This document shows positions 62,385 to 64,000 of a DNA stretch of 64,000 nucleotides, piece after piece. The stretch's first letter is position 1, and the number at the start of each line of letters is the position of its first letter. The translations under genes and the position numbers were made by a program. The DNA is from Selaginella moellendorffii. Lineage: Eukaryota > Plantae > Lycopodiophyta. The notes beneath the pieces are model-generated. The model was given only the letters and a program-made list of their open reading frames with translations. It made no database searches and was not told where the DNA came from. The DNA lies in the NCBI RefSeq assembly GCF_000143415.4, contig NW_003314264.1, forward strand, positions 1,318,733 through 1,382,732. The letters run 5' to 3'.

Positions 62385-64000
62385 ATGAGCGGGGAGAAAA
62401 AATTCTGTGCGTTTCGAGTGTGTTTTCGTGGGGTTGTGTATTAGTTTTAATGGCTCCAAACCCACAGGAGGGAGCCTCATTTGTCAGCCTTGCGCTATGG
62501 CATTGGATGCAACCATTGATTAACCTTGCGAACAAAAGGCCTCTAGAGGTAAGTTTGTCTGAATCACATTAACTCAAGCTAACATTGCTGTGACCAGATG
62601 GATGATTTATATGATCTTTGCAAAGAGGAGACCACTGTTTTCAGCGACAAGCGCTGGAACAAAGCCAGGGAGAAGAACAAGAAAGGGTCTGTATGGAGAG
62701 TGATGCTCTGGTTTCAAGGAAGAAAACTTTTGTGTTATGCTATGACCACCAGGATTCTGTGGCTTGCTTGTGGAATCTTACAGGTAAATGCCATGTTAAA
62801 TTTCTTCTACAATCTTGTTTTATCTGTGTCACAGGTCTACGCGGTCAAAGCTTTGGTACTGACCGTTGAACACCCGTCTTCCATGAGATGGTGGAAAGGG
62901 TTTGTACTGCTGCTCGCGGCGGTCGTGTTTCCACTCTTGCAAATGCTGTGTCAAAGCTATCTCTCGGTCGCGTTTATAAGGCTTGGCGTGCAAATTCGAG
63001 CAGCGGTGTGCATGGCCGTGTTTAACAAGGTTGAAATTTGACTGAAAGTGTTGACTGGTCCTTTGACTCAAGTTGACTGAATGGTGCAGATCCTTGTCAT
63101 GAATGCGGTGTCGCTCAGCCACACAAGCAATGGCCAGCTTCTCAACATTATCGGGAATGACATGCAAAAGCTCATGGACTTTTTGAATGCCTTTCCCTTC
63201 GGTAATCATAAATGTCATAGAAACTCTTGTACTAATCTCTAGTGTCTGTGTAGTTGCTGTGCTGATCATCGATGTGCTGGTTATCACTGGTGTTGCGGCG
63301 TATGAGATTGGGATCTCAGCAATTCCTGGGATACTGATAATTCTCCTGGCACAATTCTTTCAAGTTAAGTTCCTCTGAGATTCTCTAAGCTAAAAAGCTT
63401 TTGTCTTTTAGATTGGACTTGGGAGGAGGATCAAGAGCCTCAGGAGGAGAGCACTGGTGTTCATCGATGCCAGAGTCCGAATGGTCGGGGACGTGGTGAC
63501 GGGAATTAGAGTGATCAAATACAATGGTTGGGTTGTGCCATTCTTGAAGCAAATAGCCATCACTCGGGCCCGGGAGCTAAGCTGGATAGCAAAAGCATCT
63601 TTTATGCGGGGAGTGGCCACGGCTGTCGGGGTGAGATATATTATTATACTATTTTTCAAGATTCAAACTATTTTTTCTTTATAGGATGCTTACGTACCAT
63701 TAGCTTGTTTGGCCACCTTTGGCGTCTATGTTTTGCTCCACGGGGGGAATCTAAACGCAAAAAGTACATTTACAGTTTTGCCCTTCTTGGGAGTCTTGTA
63801 TAAATCAGCCGGCTCAGCAAGACCAGGTATGTAAATATCGTTTCAACTTCACATAACAAAGTTGATGCTAGGGTTCTTAATATTTGGAGAAGCAATGATA
63901 GGCATGGATCGTGTACAGAGATTTCTTAATATCCATGTTGAGAACACCAAAGTAATTCAGACAACTTTTTTCAATGCGCCAATTACAATATAATGTATAA
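62385..64000 (+). CDS. ABCC/MRP-type ABC transporter, 5' part (continues past the window end)
   Basis: ASFVSLALWHWMQPL...RPLEMDDLY, GVQIRAAVCMAVFNK, GQLLNIIGND, DARVRMVGDVVTGIRVIKYNGW, RAREL. The start is inferred; TATAAAA at 62369. Confidence 0.88.

Overview
Plant genomic DNA with very short introns (~50-80 bp) and tightly packed genes. This organisation suggests a lycophyte such as Selaginella, which is an inference. Positions ~1-30,300 are a nest of degenerate Ty3/gypsy retrotransposons. The nest includes a structurally complete but non-coding LTR element (12247-20107, with PBS, PPT and near-perfect TSD) inserted into the RNase H end of another element, a TSD-flanked solo LTR, and several micro-inversions. 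Positions ~30,600-64,000 are gene-rich: DRP3 dynamin, a P-loop kinase, plant cysteine oxidase, Rab3GAP catalytic subunit, a NIP aquaporin, a root-cap/LEA protein, NDPK3, a KUP/HAK transporter and the 5' part of an ABCC transporter. The most unusual locus is an intact four-exon gene at the TE/gene boundary (30613-33435, minus strand). It encodes a coiled-coil header, a P-loop NTPase and a restriction-endonuclease-like (PD-(D/E)xK) domain, i.e. a Crinkler/CR-type toxin-effector architecture. A decayed paralog lies 22 kb away (53162-55410). All family assignments come from motif recognition, not database searches, and boundaries of degenerate elements are approximate.
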